DNA from: an uncultured Bacteroidales bacterium
Lineage (GTDB): Bacteria; Bacteroidota; Bacteroidia; Bacteroidales; VadinHA17
Direction of reading: 5' to 3'
NCBI GenBank assembly: GCA_963725785.1
Contig: CAVRZV010000010.1
Location: forward strand, 384,619 to 448,618
DNA length: 64,000 bases
The notes below the pieces were generated by a model. The model did no database searches and was not told where the DNA came from. It saw only the letters and a program-made list of their open reading frames with translations. Positions 30,821 to 39,772 of the stretch are shown here, one piece after another. The position numbers and the translations under genes were made by a program. Position 1 is the first letter of the stretch. Every line of letters starts with the position of its first letter.

Positions 30821-31384
30821 ATGAAAAAGTTTTTGGTTTCATTCCTGGTATTTTCAGGACTTATTTTCCCGTTAATGGCACAGATTGATCATGATTATAA
30901 TGCAAATGACCGTGTGCCTGTTGTAAATGCTACTCTTACTAAGGAACAGGTTCCTCCATCAGTTATTAAAGCAGCTCAGACAGAGTTTGACCTGACTAAT
31001 TCTGCAACCTGGTCGAAGTTCCCTTATGCTTTAAAGGAATATGGCTGGGTTTATGATGTTGGGGCTTCAGATATTGCCCTCGACCGTTACGAAGTTACAA
31101 TGAAGAATAAACAAGGTCATGATTTATCAGCCGTCTATTCTGATAAGGGAGACCTGGTCGAAAGCAGAGAACTTTACAACAATGTTGCCATGCCTGCCAA
31201 TATTCAGGAAGCACTTGCAAAGAGTCAGTACAAAGACTGGAGAGTGATTGGAGACAGAGAGTTGATCAGGTTTTATCACGACAACGATATGAAAAAGGTA
31301 GAACAGCATTTCAGGCTTACAGTCGAAAAAGATGGTGTGAAAAGAAGTATATCTTTTAACTTCCAGAACAAGGATCTGAAATAA
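30821..31384 (+). CDS. secreted hypothetical protein
   Basis: Signal peptide MKKFLVSFLVFSGLIFPLMAQ. No motif recognised with confidence. Confidence 0.5.
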   Translation: MKKFLVSFLVFSGLIFPLMAQIDHDYNANDRVPVVNATLTKEQVPPSVIKAAQTEFDLTNSATWSKFPYALKEYGWVYDVGASDIALDRYEVTMKNKQGHDLSAVYSDKGDLVESRELYNNVAMPANIQEALAKSQYKDWRVIGDRELIRFYHDNDMKKVEQHFRLTVEKDGVKRSISFNFQNKDLK

Positions 31385-31452
31385 TATCCGGTCTTATTAA
31401 AGGGAATCGGATGATCAGAATTCGATTTGGATACAAAATAGCGATAAAAGAG

Positions 31453-31476
31453 ATCCCAGGAATTAATTCCCGGGAT
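31453..31476. terminator. palindrome between convergent genes, probable bidirectional terminator
   Basis: atcccaggaatt|aattcccgggat (12-bp arms, one mismatch). A-rich on the left and T-rich (ttctaattttt) on the right. Confidence 0.5.
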
Positions 31477-31537
31477 TTCTAATTTTTAATTGAACCTCAG
31501 AAATCAAATTCTTTCACGAAAGGTGTTATGAACAAGT

Positions 31538-32938
31538 TTATTGATCTGAGGACAAAGCTTTCATTAACCTGTACATAAACTCAACTCCGTCATAAAATTC
31601 TTTAACTCCTATTCTTTCGTCTTTCCCATGTGCACGGATATCATCCATATCCCCAAACATACCTGAGATGCCATAAACCGGAATACCCTGCCGGCGCAGA
31701 AATTTTCCATCTGTTGCACCTGTTGACATTATCGGGGATACATTCACACCCGGCCACATTGCCGAAGAAATTTTATTCACCGGTACGGTAACATCATCCC
31801 GTAAGGGCGATACAGGTGCTGTGAAAGAAGAATAGGTACGTGTAACTGAAATCTGATTATCTGCCAGTACTTTTTTAATTACAGACGTAACATTCTCAGG
31901 AGTATCATCAGGCAGCAACCGACAGTTTATCGTTGCCTGAGCTGTCTGGGGAAGGGCATTCTCTGCATGTCCGGCACTCATCATTGTAGCAACGCAGGTA
32001 GTACACATCATTGCATTATAGTAGGCCGACGAAGCACCAACCCTCCGGGCAGCTGTTGTGTCAGGCGGAGTCTTTAACAGAGCCAGTATATCCGATCTAA
32101 GCTGACCAGATTCACCAACTGCGATTTTTTCAAAATAATTGTGAGTCGTTTCATTGAGCCTGACGGGAAAATCAAAGCCAGCCAGACGAATCAGGCCAGA
32201 AGAGAGTCTGTAAATAGCGTTATCCTTCACCGGCAGAGAACTATGTCCACCGTTGTTCTTCACTTCGAGTCTGTATGACACATAGATCTTTTCACTTGTT
32301 TGAATCGCAATTGTAAGAGGTTTCCCGTTTTTCGCGTCTCCGCCTCCACCATCAGGATTAATACAGAGATCTGCATCAATTAAGTCTCTGTGATTTGTTA
32401 TGAGCCAGTTAACCCCATTTGCGCTGCCCATTTCTTCATCTGCAGTCAGGGCAATAATTATATCGCGGTTTGGCTTATACCCTTCTTTTTTTAGTCTTAT
32501 AACATTTGCTATCAGGCTGGCATCTTCGTTTTTAACATCAGTTGTACCACGGCCATAAAAGTACCCGTCTTTTTCAAGAAGAATGAAAGGATCAACTGAC
32601 CAGTCCTCACGAAGAGCTTCAACCACATCCAGATGGCAGATGAATAAAAGAGGCTTTAATTTCCTTTCCCCCCTGAAACGAATGACCAGGTTCTTATGTT
32701 GCTGATCAGGACCAATAACCAGAATATCGCTATCGGAAAAGCCGGCAGATCCAAGCCTGGCAGCCATAGCCTCTGCCGCTTTGGTGCTGCCATATCTGGA
32801 AGTAGTATTTATCTCTATAAGCTCTTTGAGAATATCTCTGGCAAGTACCCGATATTCGGATTCTTTATCCTGTGATACCGCAAAATAAGTGAAGCACAGG
32901 AAAACAAATAATAACAACACACTTTTCATATCAAACAA
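31538..32938 (-). CDS. M20-family metallopeptidase (secreted)
   Basis: Signal peptide. Motifs HLDVV, GRGTTDVK and ADEEMGS are characteristic of M20/ArgE/CPG2-type enzymes. Confidence 0.8.
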   Translation of the reverse strand: MFDMKSVLLLFVFLCFTYFAVSQDKESEYRVLARDILKELIEINTTSRYGSTKAAEAMAARLGSAGFSDSDILVIGPDQQHKNLVIRFRGERKLKPLLFICHLDVVEALREDWSVDPFILLEKDGYFYGRGTTDVKNEDASLIANVIRLKKEGYKPNRDIIIALTADEEMGSANGVNWLITNHRDLIDADLCINPDGGGGDAKNGKPLTIAIQTSEKIYVSYRLEVKNNGGHSSLPVKDNAIYRLSSGLIRLAGFDFPVRLNETTHNYFEKIAVGESGQLRSDILALLKTPPDTTAARRVGASSAYYNAMMCTTCVATMMSAGHAENALPQTAQATINCRLLPDDTPENVTSVIKKVLADNQISVTRTYSSFTAPVSPLRDDVTVPVNKISSAMWPGVNVSPIMSTGATDGKFLRRQGIPVYGISGMFGDMDDIRAHGKDERIGVKEFYDGVEFMYRLMKALSSDQ

Positions 32939-32974
32939 ACCTTAAATGCTCAGGAAATATACACAAAATTGTCA

Positions 32975-34189
32975 CTAATTTCCCGCAATATCATAAACCA
33001 TAAGTGAAGTACCATGGCGTACATAAAGTTTTTTATCCTTTATAACCAGATGAGCCCAATGAGGACCACTACCGGAAGTAACACTGAATGAGCTGATTAC
33101 ATTGAGACTATTGGCTTGTGGCTCAACAAGGTTTACTTTACCCGATTCACTGTAAACATATAATAATCCATCGTCTGCAATAATATTTGCCGGGGCAAGA
33201 TCACGAGTAGAAAAAAGTTCTTTTCCTGTTTTCCAGTCGAGACAGAAAAACTTCCTGTTTCTGTCGCCTGTTCCGTATATCCGGCCATTAAGAACAACCA
33301 CTCCTCCCATTTTTGGATCGCAGGAAGCGTTCTTCCAGACTTTCGAAACCTTACTGCCATCATCTGATAACTTCAGCATTACACTTCCCAGTCCATATCC
33401 GCTTCCACAGTAAATATTTCCGTCAATATAGACGGGCGTATTAGGATGAACATCAGGATCCATTGTAAAATCAGATTTCCAAAGCTGATTACCAGTCGCA
33501 GCATCAAAACCACAAATAGAATATTGCATTATAGTTACAATTATTTTATTTTTCTGAAGTTTAATAAGTATAGGGGAACAATATGCTGACTTTTCCCTGT
33601 TGCTTTTACTTTTCCATATCTCCCTGCCAGTATTCATATCCAGGGCTACAAGTGAGGCCTGAGTTCCTCCCGGAGTGCAATACAGGATATTTCCATCATA
33701 CAGAAGATTCTCGGTTATTCCCCATGTAATATTTTCGGCTCCATATTGTTTAACAAGATCTACTGTCCAAACCGTCTGCCCGTCAGAAACGTTCAGACAA
33801 AAAAGTTTTCCAAAAGCACTTAAAAAATAAAGTTTTTCTTTAACAACAAGTGGAGTGGATCTTACACCATTATGACTCTCAGTCCATTCAGGACCATATT
33901 CTTTTTTCCAGAGAAGCTTGCCTTTAGTATCAAATGCAAAAACATTACCTGTTCCGTTAATCATGCCGGTTATGAATAACCCTTTACCTGTTACAGCAGC
34001 AGATGTATGACCCTCGCCAAGTCCATTGAAATTCCATAAGAGTTTTGGCCCTGTTTCCGGCCACTTCTTCAGTAATCCTGTTTCGCTGTATATACCATCC
34101 CTGTTTGGCCCCCGCCATTGTGCCACATCCTGAGCACCGGCATTTATAATGAAGACTGATATCAGAATTGTGAATACTAAACTTCTCAT
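32975..34189 (-). CDS. PQQ-like beta-propeller repeat protein (secreted)
   Basis: Signal peptide. Repeated G..LW(K/T) and G..(Y/F) blade motifs, as in BamB/PQQ-repeat propellers. Confidence 0.7.
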   Translation of the reverse strand: MRSLVFTILISVFIINAGAQDVAQWRGPNRDGIYSETGLLKKWPETGPKLLWNFNGLGEGHTSAAVTGKGLFITGMINGTGNVFAFDTKGKLLWKKEYGPEWTESHNGVRSTPLVVKEKLYFLSAFGKLFCLNVSDGQTVWTVDLVKQYGAENITWGITENLLYDGNILYCTPGGTQASLVALDMNTGREIWKSKSNREKSAYCSPILIKLQKNKIIVTIMQYSICGFDAATGNQLWKSDFTMDPDVHPNTPVYIDGNIYCGSGYGLGSVMLKLSDDGSKVSKVWKNASCDPKMGGVVVLNGRIYGTGDRNRKFFCLDWKTGKELFSTRDLAPANIIADDGLLYVYSESGKVNLVEPQANSLNVISSFSVTSGSGPHWAHLVIKDKKLYVRHGTSLMVYDIAGN

Positions 34190-34332
34190 AATTATCTTTT
34201 AAAATGTTTTGAAACTTCTCAAATTTAATCTAAAATGATCATTTACAAAATGTTCTGAGACCGTCCTGAGGATTTTTAATTTTTTTTAACACAAATTTCC
34301 TCATCCGGGTATATTGTTTATCTCCACTCTCC

Positions 34333-35988
34333 TTATTTCCCGGTAAGATTAAGTGTTGCCACATAGTAACCCGGATCGGCCTTAATCTCAGCATTCTCAG
34401 TATCAAGTTTAATTGTTGTGAAACTGGTCATTGGATTGATTGATTTCTCCTTTCCGGACACAAATACTTTAAGTGGCATGTTAAAACCCTCGACACAATT
34501 GTTCCATCTGAAGACCAGATTATTACCTTTTACAAAATACTCAAAAACGGGTGTTCTGGTATCTCTGAGGTACTGGTTAAAAAATGGTTTCAGGTTGATT
34601 CCGGTTTTCTCACTCAAAAAATCCTCTATCTGGGAACCTTTTACGACCTTATGATAAAATTCAGAATTCATACCACGCAGAATAGCTCTCCATTTATCAT
34701 CATCATTGACGATTTGACGCAGCGTATGAAGCATATTTCCTCCTTTATAGTACATATCGTGCGAACCTTCATTATTTACATTATAAAAACCAATTATTGG
34801 TCTGTCATTCAAAATATTCGCCCTGGTACCCAGCACGTACTCGCTTCCAGCTTCTTTGCCATAGTAATATTCGACATAAAGATTCTCAGCATAATTACCG
34901 AAGCTCTCATGTACCCACATATCGGCAATATCTTCATAAGTAATACTATTTGCAAACCATTCATGAGCCGATTCATGAATGATGATAAAATCAAATTTTA
35001 AGCCCCATCCGCTGTTGCTCAGATCGGTGCCTCTGTAGCCATTTTTAAATCCATTTCCATAGGTCACTGAACTCTGGTGTTCCATGCCAAGATATGGTAC
35101 CTCAACCAGTTTGTATCCATCTTCATAGAAGGGATACGGACCGAACCAGTGCTCAAAAGCTTCCAGCATCATTGGCACCTGCTTGAATTGCAGTCTGGCT
35201 TTCTCAAGATCCTCCTTCAGTACATAATAATCGCAATCCAGAGGTCCCTTTTCACCTTTGAAAATTTCCGAAAAGTGCTCATAATCTCCAACGTTTATAT
35301 TAACACCGTAATTATTAATAGGGTTAGCTACAAACCAGTTGTATGTCTTTGTTTTATTCTTCTGAGTTACTACACTTCTGAGCCTTCCGTTTGAAACATC
35401 CATAAGATATGCCGGTACATTCACACTAATCAGCATACTATCAGGTTCATCATACATGTGATCTTTGCATGGCCACCACAGACTTGCACCATCTCCCTGG
35501 CAGGAAGAGGCAACGAAAGGCATACCATTTTTGTCCTTCTTCCAGGTAATCCCTCCTACCCAGGGAGGTCTTGTCGATACCCTGGGTTTACCACTGTAGG
35601 TCAGAACAACAGAATAACTCTTGTCCTGCTCCTGCTTACCAGCAAGTTCGATCCAGTATACATTACCTTCTCTTTTGAATTTAAGAACCTGATTATTCTG
35701 TTCTGCTTTCGTAAGGATCATTGGCTCCTGGAGATCTATCTGCATCAGAGCTGCCGGCCTGAGAACCGAATATATTACTGTGTTCGTTCCATAAATTGAA
35801 CTATCCGAAGGATTGACCGTAATATCGAGATGATAGTACTTGAGATCCCACCAGGCTCTTTCAGGCGTTATTGATCCCCGTAAAGAATCCTGATGTGTAA
35901 ATTCAATTCTTTGAGATAATAGTGAAAACGGAAAGACCAGTATAATACCGGTAATTAATATAAAGTGTAAAACAGATTCCTTTTTCAT
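34333..35988 (-). CDS. M1-family zinc aminopeptidase (secreted)
   Basis: HESAHEWF (HExxH) with a downstream WVHESFGNY glutamate. Signal peptide. 551 aa. Confidence 0.8.
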   Translation of the reverse strand: MKKESVLHFILITGIILVFPFSLLSQRIEFTHQDSLRGSITPERAWWDLKYYHLDITVNPSDSSIYGTNTVIYSVLRPAALMQIDLQEPMILTKAEQNNQVLKFKREGNVYWIELAGKQEQDKSYSVVLTYSGKPRVSTRPPWVGGITWKKDKNGMPFVASSCQGDGASLWWPCKDHMYDEPDSMLISVNVPAYLMDVSNGRLRSVVTQKNKTKTYNWFVANPINNYGVNINVGDYEHFSEIFKGEKGPLDCDYYVLKEDLEKARLQFKQVPMMLEAFEHWFGPYPFYEDGYKLVEVPYLGMEHQSSVTYGNGFKNGYRGTDLSNSGWGLKFDFIIIHESAHEWFANSITYEDIADMWVHESFGNYAENLYVEYYYGKEAGSEYVLGTRANILNDRPIIGFYNVNNEGSHDMYYKGGNMLHTLRQIVNDDDKWRAILRGMNSEFYHKVVKGSQIEDFLSEKTGINLKPFFNQYLRDTRTPVFEYFVKGNNLVFRWNNCVEGFNMPLKVFVSGKEKSINPMTSFTTIKLDTENAEIKADPGYYVATLNLTGK

Positions 35989-36003
35989 TGACAGTATTTT
36001 TTT

Positions 36004-36100
36004 AGATAAAAGACAAAAGACAAAAGTATAAAGACAAAAGGCAATAGGTAAATAAAGATACAGGCAATTACTTTTATCTTTTTACTTTTGTCTTTTATCT
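36004..36100. promoter_or_regulatory. 16-bp perfect inverted repeat (AGATAAAAGACAAAAG ... CTTTTGTCTTTTATCT) carrying outward-facing TACTTTTG -7-like boxes
   Basis: Arms at 36004-36019 and 36085-36100. CAAAAGTA at 36021-36028 is TACTTTTG on the minus strand, 33 nt from the M1 peptidase start. TACTTTTG at 36083-36090 is 95 nt from the GH2 start. Confidence 0.45.
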
Positions 36101-36184
36101 CAAGTAAAGGTAATGCTCTTGTAACAAGGGTAGTAAAAAAATAGTAGAATTAACTAATTAAGGAATATTTCTAAAACCTTTTAT

Positions 36185-38725
36185 ATGAAGAAAATAATAG
36201 TTTTAACTATCCTGACGATTGTAATAACAATTTGTTTCAGTGATGTTTTGCTGGCTCAGTCTCGCACCCGTGAATCTTTCAATCAGGATTGGAAATTTGT
36301 AAAATATTTCAATGCTTCCAACGAAGCCATTGTGACCGAAAAGGAGCCTGAAAATCTTCATCTCTCTGACGTGAATGATAATAACTGGCGTTCAGTGGAT
36401 CTTCCCCACGACTGGGCAATTGAGGGTCCCTTCAGCGATACTCTCGAAAACAATACCGGTCTTTTACCATGGAAAGGAATCGGATGGTACAGGAAACATT
36501 TCAGTATCAGCGACAATGATAAAGGGAAACGTATATATGTCGATTTCGATGGCGCCATGGCAAATGCCAGAGTATGGCTAAATGGTAAATTTGTAGGTGA
36601 ACGGCCTTATGGATATGCATCATTCCGTCTTGATCTGACACCTTATGTTATTTTCGGAAAGGAGAATATGATAGCTGTAAGACTCGATACTAAAAACTGG
36701 GACTCCAGGTGGTACCCCGGAGCAGGTATCTACCGAAATGTATGGCTGGTCAAAACGTCACAGTTACATATCGCAAATAATGGTGTTTTCTGCACTACAC
36801 CTGAGATCAGGAAAGAGCAGGGAGTACTAAGCGTCCAGACTGAAATTGAAAGTCATTTAAGCGATGCTGTGCCTGTTTCGGTAAAAGCTTCTGTTTACAA
36901 ACTGAATGAAAAATTTGAACCATCAGCAATTCCGGTTGCTGAATCGATTATTGCTACTGCAACTATCGAAGGAATGAAAAATCATACTTTCAGATTGGAT
37001 ATTCCGGTCAAAAATCCTGTTCTGTGGGGCATATATAAACCTGAACTTTACAGAGTTACAGTTATTGTATTGCAGGGCAAAACTGTATCTGATAAATATG
37101 AAACCAATTTCGGTTTCAGAACTTTGAACTTTACGGCACGCGATGGTTTTCTTCTCAACGGAAGCAGAGTCGAAGTAAGGGGTGTCTGCAATCATCATGA
37201 TCTTGGCGCACTTGGCGCCGCATTCAATACTCGTGCTGCTGCCCGGCAACTCGAAATTCTGAAGGAGATGGGCTGTAATGCAATAAGAACAAGCCACAAT
37301 CCTCCTGCCCCGGAACTGGTTGATCTTTGTGATAAAATGGGATTTCTGATAATGGTAGAAGCTTTTGATGTGTGGAAAACCCCAAAGAAAAGTAAAGATT
37401 ATAATCTGCTATTTTATCCATGGCATGATGAGGATCTCAGGGCAATGGTTCGCCGCGACCGTAATCACCCTTCTGTATTTATGTATAGTATTGGAAATGA
37501 GGTAAACGATCAGAACAATCCTGCCCTCTCAGAAAGTCTCAGAACCATTGTTAAATCGGAAGATAATACCAGACCGGTAACGTTAGGATGCGACAGGGAT
37601 GAGTCAGGCACGAATGGTTTTCAGAAAACACTGGATGTGTTCGGGATTAACTATCGTCTATACAGATATGATGCATTCTTTGCTTCTAAAGACAATGCTA
37701 ATCTTGGATTAATCTCAACCGAATCAGCTTCAACGGTAAGCTCGAGAGGTGAATATTTTTTCCCGGTTGTAGAGGGTAACCTTGACAATAATCTGCCAGG
37801 AAATGGGATCTTTCAGATAACGTCTTATGATGTTGCTCATCCGGCTTGGGCAGACACTCCTGATCAGCAATGGACGCTCCTGGATAAATTTCCGGCTGTT
37901 ATGGGCGAATTTGTTTGGACAGGATTCGACTATATAGGGGAACCCACACCATATAGTGGTGATATGACAGGTCTCAAATCAACCTCCTGGGGTTATAAAG
38001 AAACACTCAAAATGCTCGAGAAACAAGGTGTAAAAGAGGTTCCTTCACGCAGCAGTTATTTTGGAATTTTGGACCTGGCGGGATTTAAAAAGGATCGCTT
38101 TTATCTGTATCAGTCGCGATGGAGACCAGAATTGCCAATGGCACATATTCTGCCTCACTGGAACTGGCCGGAAAGAAAAGGTCTGATCACGCCTGTGCAC
38201 GTGTATACCTCAGGCGACGAAGCCGAGCTCTTCCTCAATGGCAAATCGCTCGGAAAAAAGAAAAAGGGTGAATTTGAATACCGTTTGAAATGGGATAGTG
38301 TTCTTTACCAACCCGGTGAACTTAAAGTAATTGCTTACAAAAATGGCGTCAGATGGGCAGAGGATGTCATGCGAACAACCAAAAAAGCATCGCAGCTCTC
38401 TGCAATTGCAGACCGACCTGCTGCTTATTCAGATGGAAGTGACCTCATCTTTATAACCGTCAGGGTTGAAGATGAAAACAGTCTTATGGTTCCCCGAAGC
38501 AATAACCAGCTTAACTTCAGTATTGAAGGTCCGGGAAGGATTGTTGCTACAGATAACGGTGATGCTTCCAGTCATGAGTCATTTCAGGCCAGGTCAAAGA
38601 AAGCCTTTAATGGTTTGTGCCTTGTAATTGTTGCTGCAGAAAAAGGAGCTACAGGTTCCTTTACAGTTAAGGCTGAATCAAAAGGTCTAAAAACAGCAGC
38701 AGTAAAAGTCGATATCGCTCACTAG
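36185..38725 (+). CDS. glycoside hydrolase family 2 (beta-galactosidase/glucuronidase-like), secreted
   Basis: Signal peptide. Motifs FNQDWKF, DLPHDW, NHHDLGALG, RTSHNPP and SIGNE are typical of GH2. 846 aa. Confidence 0.85.
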   Translation: MKKIIVLTILTIVITICFSDVLLAQSRTRESFNQDWKFVKYFNASNEAIVTEKEPENLHLSDVNDNNWRSVDLPHDWAIEGPFSDTLENNTGLLPWKGIGWYRKHFSISDNDKGKRIYVDFDGAMANARVWLNGKFVGERPYGYASFRLDLTPYVIFGKENMIAVRLDTKNWDSRWYPGAGIYRNVWLVKTSQLHIANNGVFCTTPEIRKEQGVLSVQTEIESHLSDAVPVSVKASVYKLNEKFEPSAIPVAESIIATATIEGMKNHTFRLDIPVKNPVLWGIYKPELYRVTVIVLQGKTVSDKYETNFGFRTLNFTARDGFLLNGSRVEVRGVCNHHDLGALGAAFNTRAAARQLEILKEMGCNAIRTSHNPPAPELVDLCDKMGFLIMVEAFDVWKTPKKSKDYNLLFYPWHDEDLRAMVRRDRNHPSVFMYSIGNEVNDQNNPALSESLRTIVKSEDNTRPVTLGCDRDESGTNGFQKTLDVFGINYRLYRYDAFFASKDNANLGLISTESASTVSSRGEYFFPVVEGNLDNNLPGNGIFQITSYDVAHPAWADTPDQQWTLLDKFPAVMGEFVWTGFDYIGEPTPYSGDMTGLKSTSWGYKETLKMLEKQGVKEVPSRSSYFGILDLAGFKKDRFYLYQSRWRPELPMAHILPHWNWPERKGLITPVHVYTSGDEAELFLNGKSLGKKKKGEFEYRLKWDSVLYQPGELKVIAYKNGVRWAEDVMRTTKKASQLSAIADRPAAYSDGSDLIFITVRVEDENSLMVPRSNNQLNFSIEGPGRIVATDNGDASSHESFQARSKKAFNGLCLVIVAAEKGATGSFTVKAESKGLKTAAVKVDIAH

Positions 38726-38784
38726 AATTATTTACTTTAAAAAAGAGAGACATTAATAATGATGCCTCTTTTTTTTATTTCTTT

Positions 38785-38890
38785 TTAACCCCAAAGGTCT
38801 CAAAGGTTCAAAACCTAAGATCACAAAGAATTAACTGAAATGGTTTTGACTTTGTGTCCTTTGTGTCATCTTTGTGTTCTTTGTGGTTAA
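38785..38890. repeat. TTAACC...GGTTAA-bounded imperfect palindrome of CAAAG/CTTTGTG words
   Basis: ttaaccccaaaggtctcaaaggttcaaaacctaagatcacaaagaa ... ctttgtgtcctttgtgtcatctttgtgttctttgtggttaa. It lies between convergent genes. Confidence 0.7.
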
Positions 38891-38952
38891 TGGATTTCAT
38901 TTTTCTCCTTTTCACCCCTTCTCCCCCTCTCCCATTCTTTTAAAAGATCTCT

Positions 38953-39435
38953 CTACCCGATCCTCTTTGTATAAAAAAGCTTATCGTCGCCATCAGTATA
39001 AAAGTCTTTCAGGGTAGCTTCCAGAATGAAATCATTGTTAATATAGAATGCCCTGGTGGGTTCATAATGAGGCAACCCCGATGTCTCTGCTATCAAAATC
39101 TTGCATCCCATCGACCTTGCCTGATTGCATGTCTCTTCCAGAAGTTTCCTGCCAATACCTTTTCCTCGAAAATCATTATGGGTTGCGATCCAGTAAAGAT
39201 CGAAACAGGTTGTAGACATGACTATTGGTCCGAAGCACGAATAAGCAGCTGTTACACCATCAATTTCTGCAAAAACGAAATGATAACCTGTCGATTCACC
39301 ATGAGCTAGTCTCTCCGCGACAAGTTCAGCAGCTATTTCGACTTCATGGTCGTAGAAGAACTTTGTTGATTCAACAATCTCCATGACTCTTTGAATATCA
39401 TTTTTTTCGGGTATTGTTCTGAATGTAATGTTCAT
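38953..39435 (-). CDS. GNAT-family N-acetyltransferase
   Basis: The RGKGIGRKLLEE acetyl-CoA-binding motif (R/Q-x-x-G-x-G/A). 160 aa. Confidence 0.8.
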   Translation of the reverse strand: MNITFRTIPEKNDIQRVMEIVESTKFFYDHEVEIAAELVAERLAHGESTGYHFVFAEIDGVTAAYSCFGPIVMSTTCFDLYWIATHNDFRGKGIGRKLLEETCNQARSMGCKILIAETSGLPHYEPTRAFYINNDFILEATLKDFYTDGDDKLFYTKRIG

Positions 39436-39442
39436 ATTTTAT

Positions 39443-39532
39443 AGTTTAAAAGTTTAAGAGTTGAAAAGTTGAAAGGGTTGAAATAGTTCAAAAAGATTCA
39501 AAAATATTAAAAGTTGTAAAATTAAGAATTAA
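39443..39532. repeat. degenerate GTTGAAAAG / TTCAAAAAG word run
   Basis: agtttaaaagtttaagagttgaaaagttgaaagggttgaaatagttcaaaaagattcaaaaatattaaaagttgtaaaattaag. Confidence 0.6.
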
Positions 39533-39619
39533 GTCTGATAAATATTTATAAAAAATGGGAGCTATTGTCAAATACACAAGAAGTGATTTTATAAGATATC
39601 GTAAAATATCAAAAAAAGA

Positions 39620-39720
39620 TTCTCTGTGTAACTCAGTGCTTCTCCGTGTATCTCAGTGTAAGTTCTTATTTGTTTTAGTTACACAGAGAACCACTGAGAA
39701 TCACAGAGAACCACAGAGAA
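39620..39720. repeat. imperfect palindrome of CTCTGTG/CTCAGTG versus CACAGAG/CACTGAG words
   Basis: Left arm ttctctgtgtaactcagtgcttctccgtgtatctcagtgt. Right arm acacagagaaccactgagaatcacagagaaccacagagaa. It lies just downstream of the 969-aa gene stop. Confidence 0.7.
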
Positions 39721-39772
39721 AAGAAAGCCTTTATAGCTATACCGGGGGTTTTGCGTTGAAAGGCTGTCACTT

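Noticed and set aside
36185-38725. Polysaccharide utilisation locus around the GH2 gene
   Set aside because: There is no SusC/SusD pair, hybrid two-component sensor or further CAZymes adjacent. The GH2 gene is an orphan flanked by peptidase and acetyltransferase genes.
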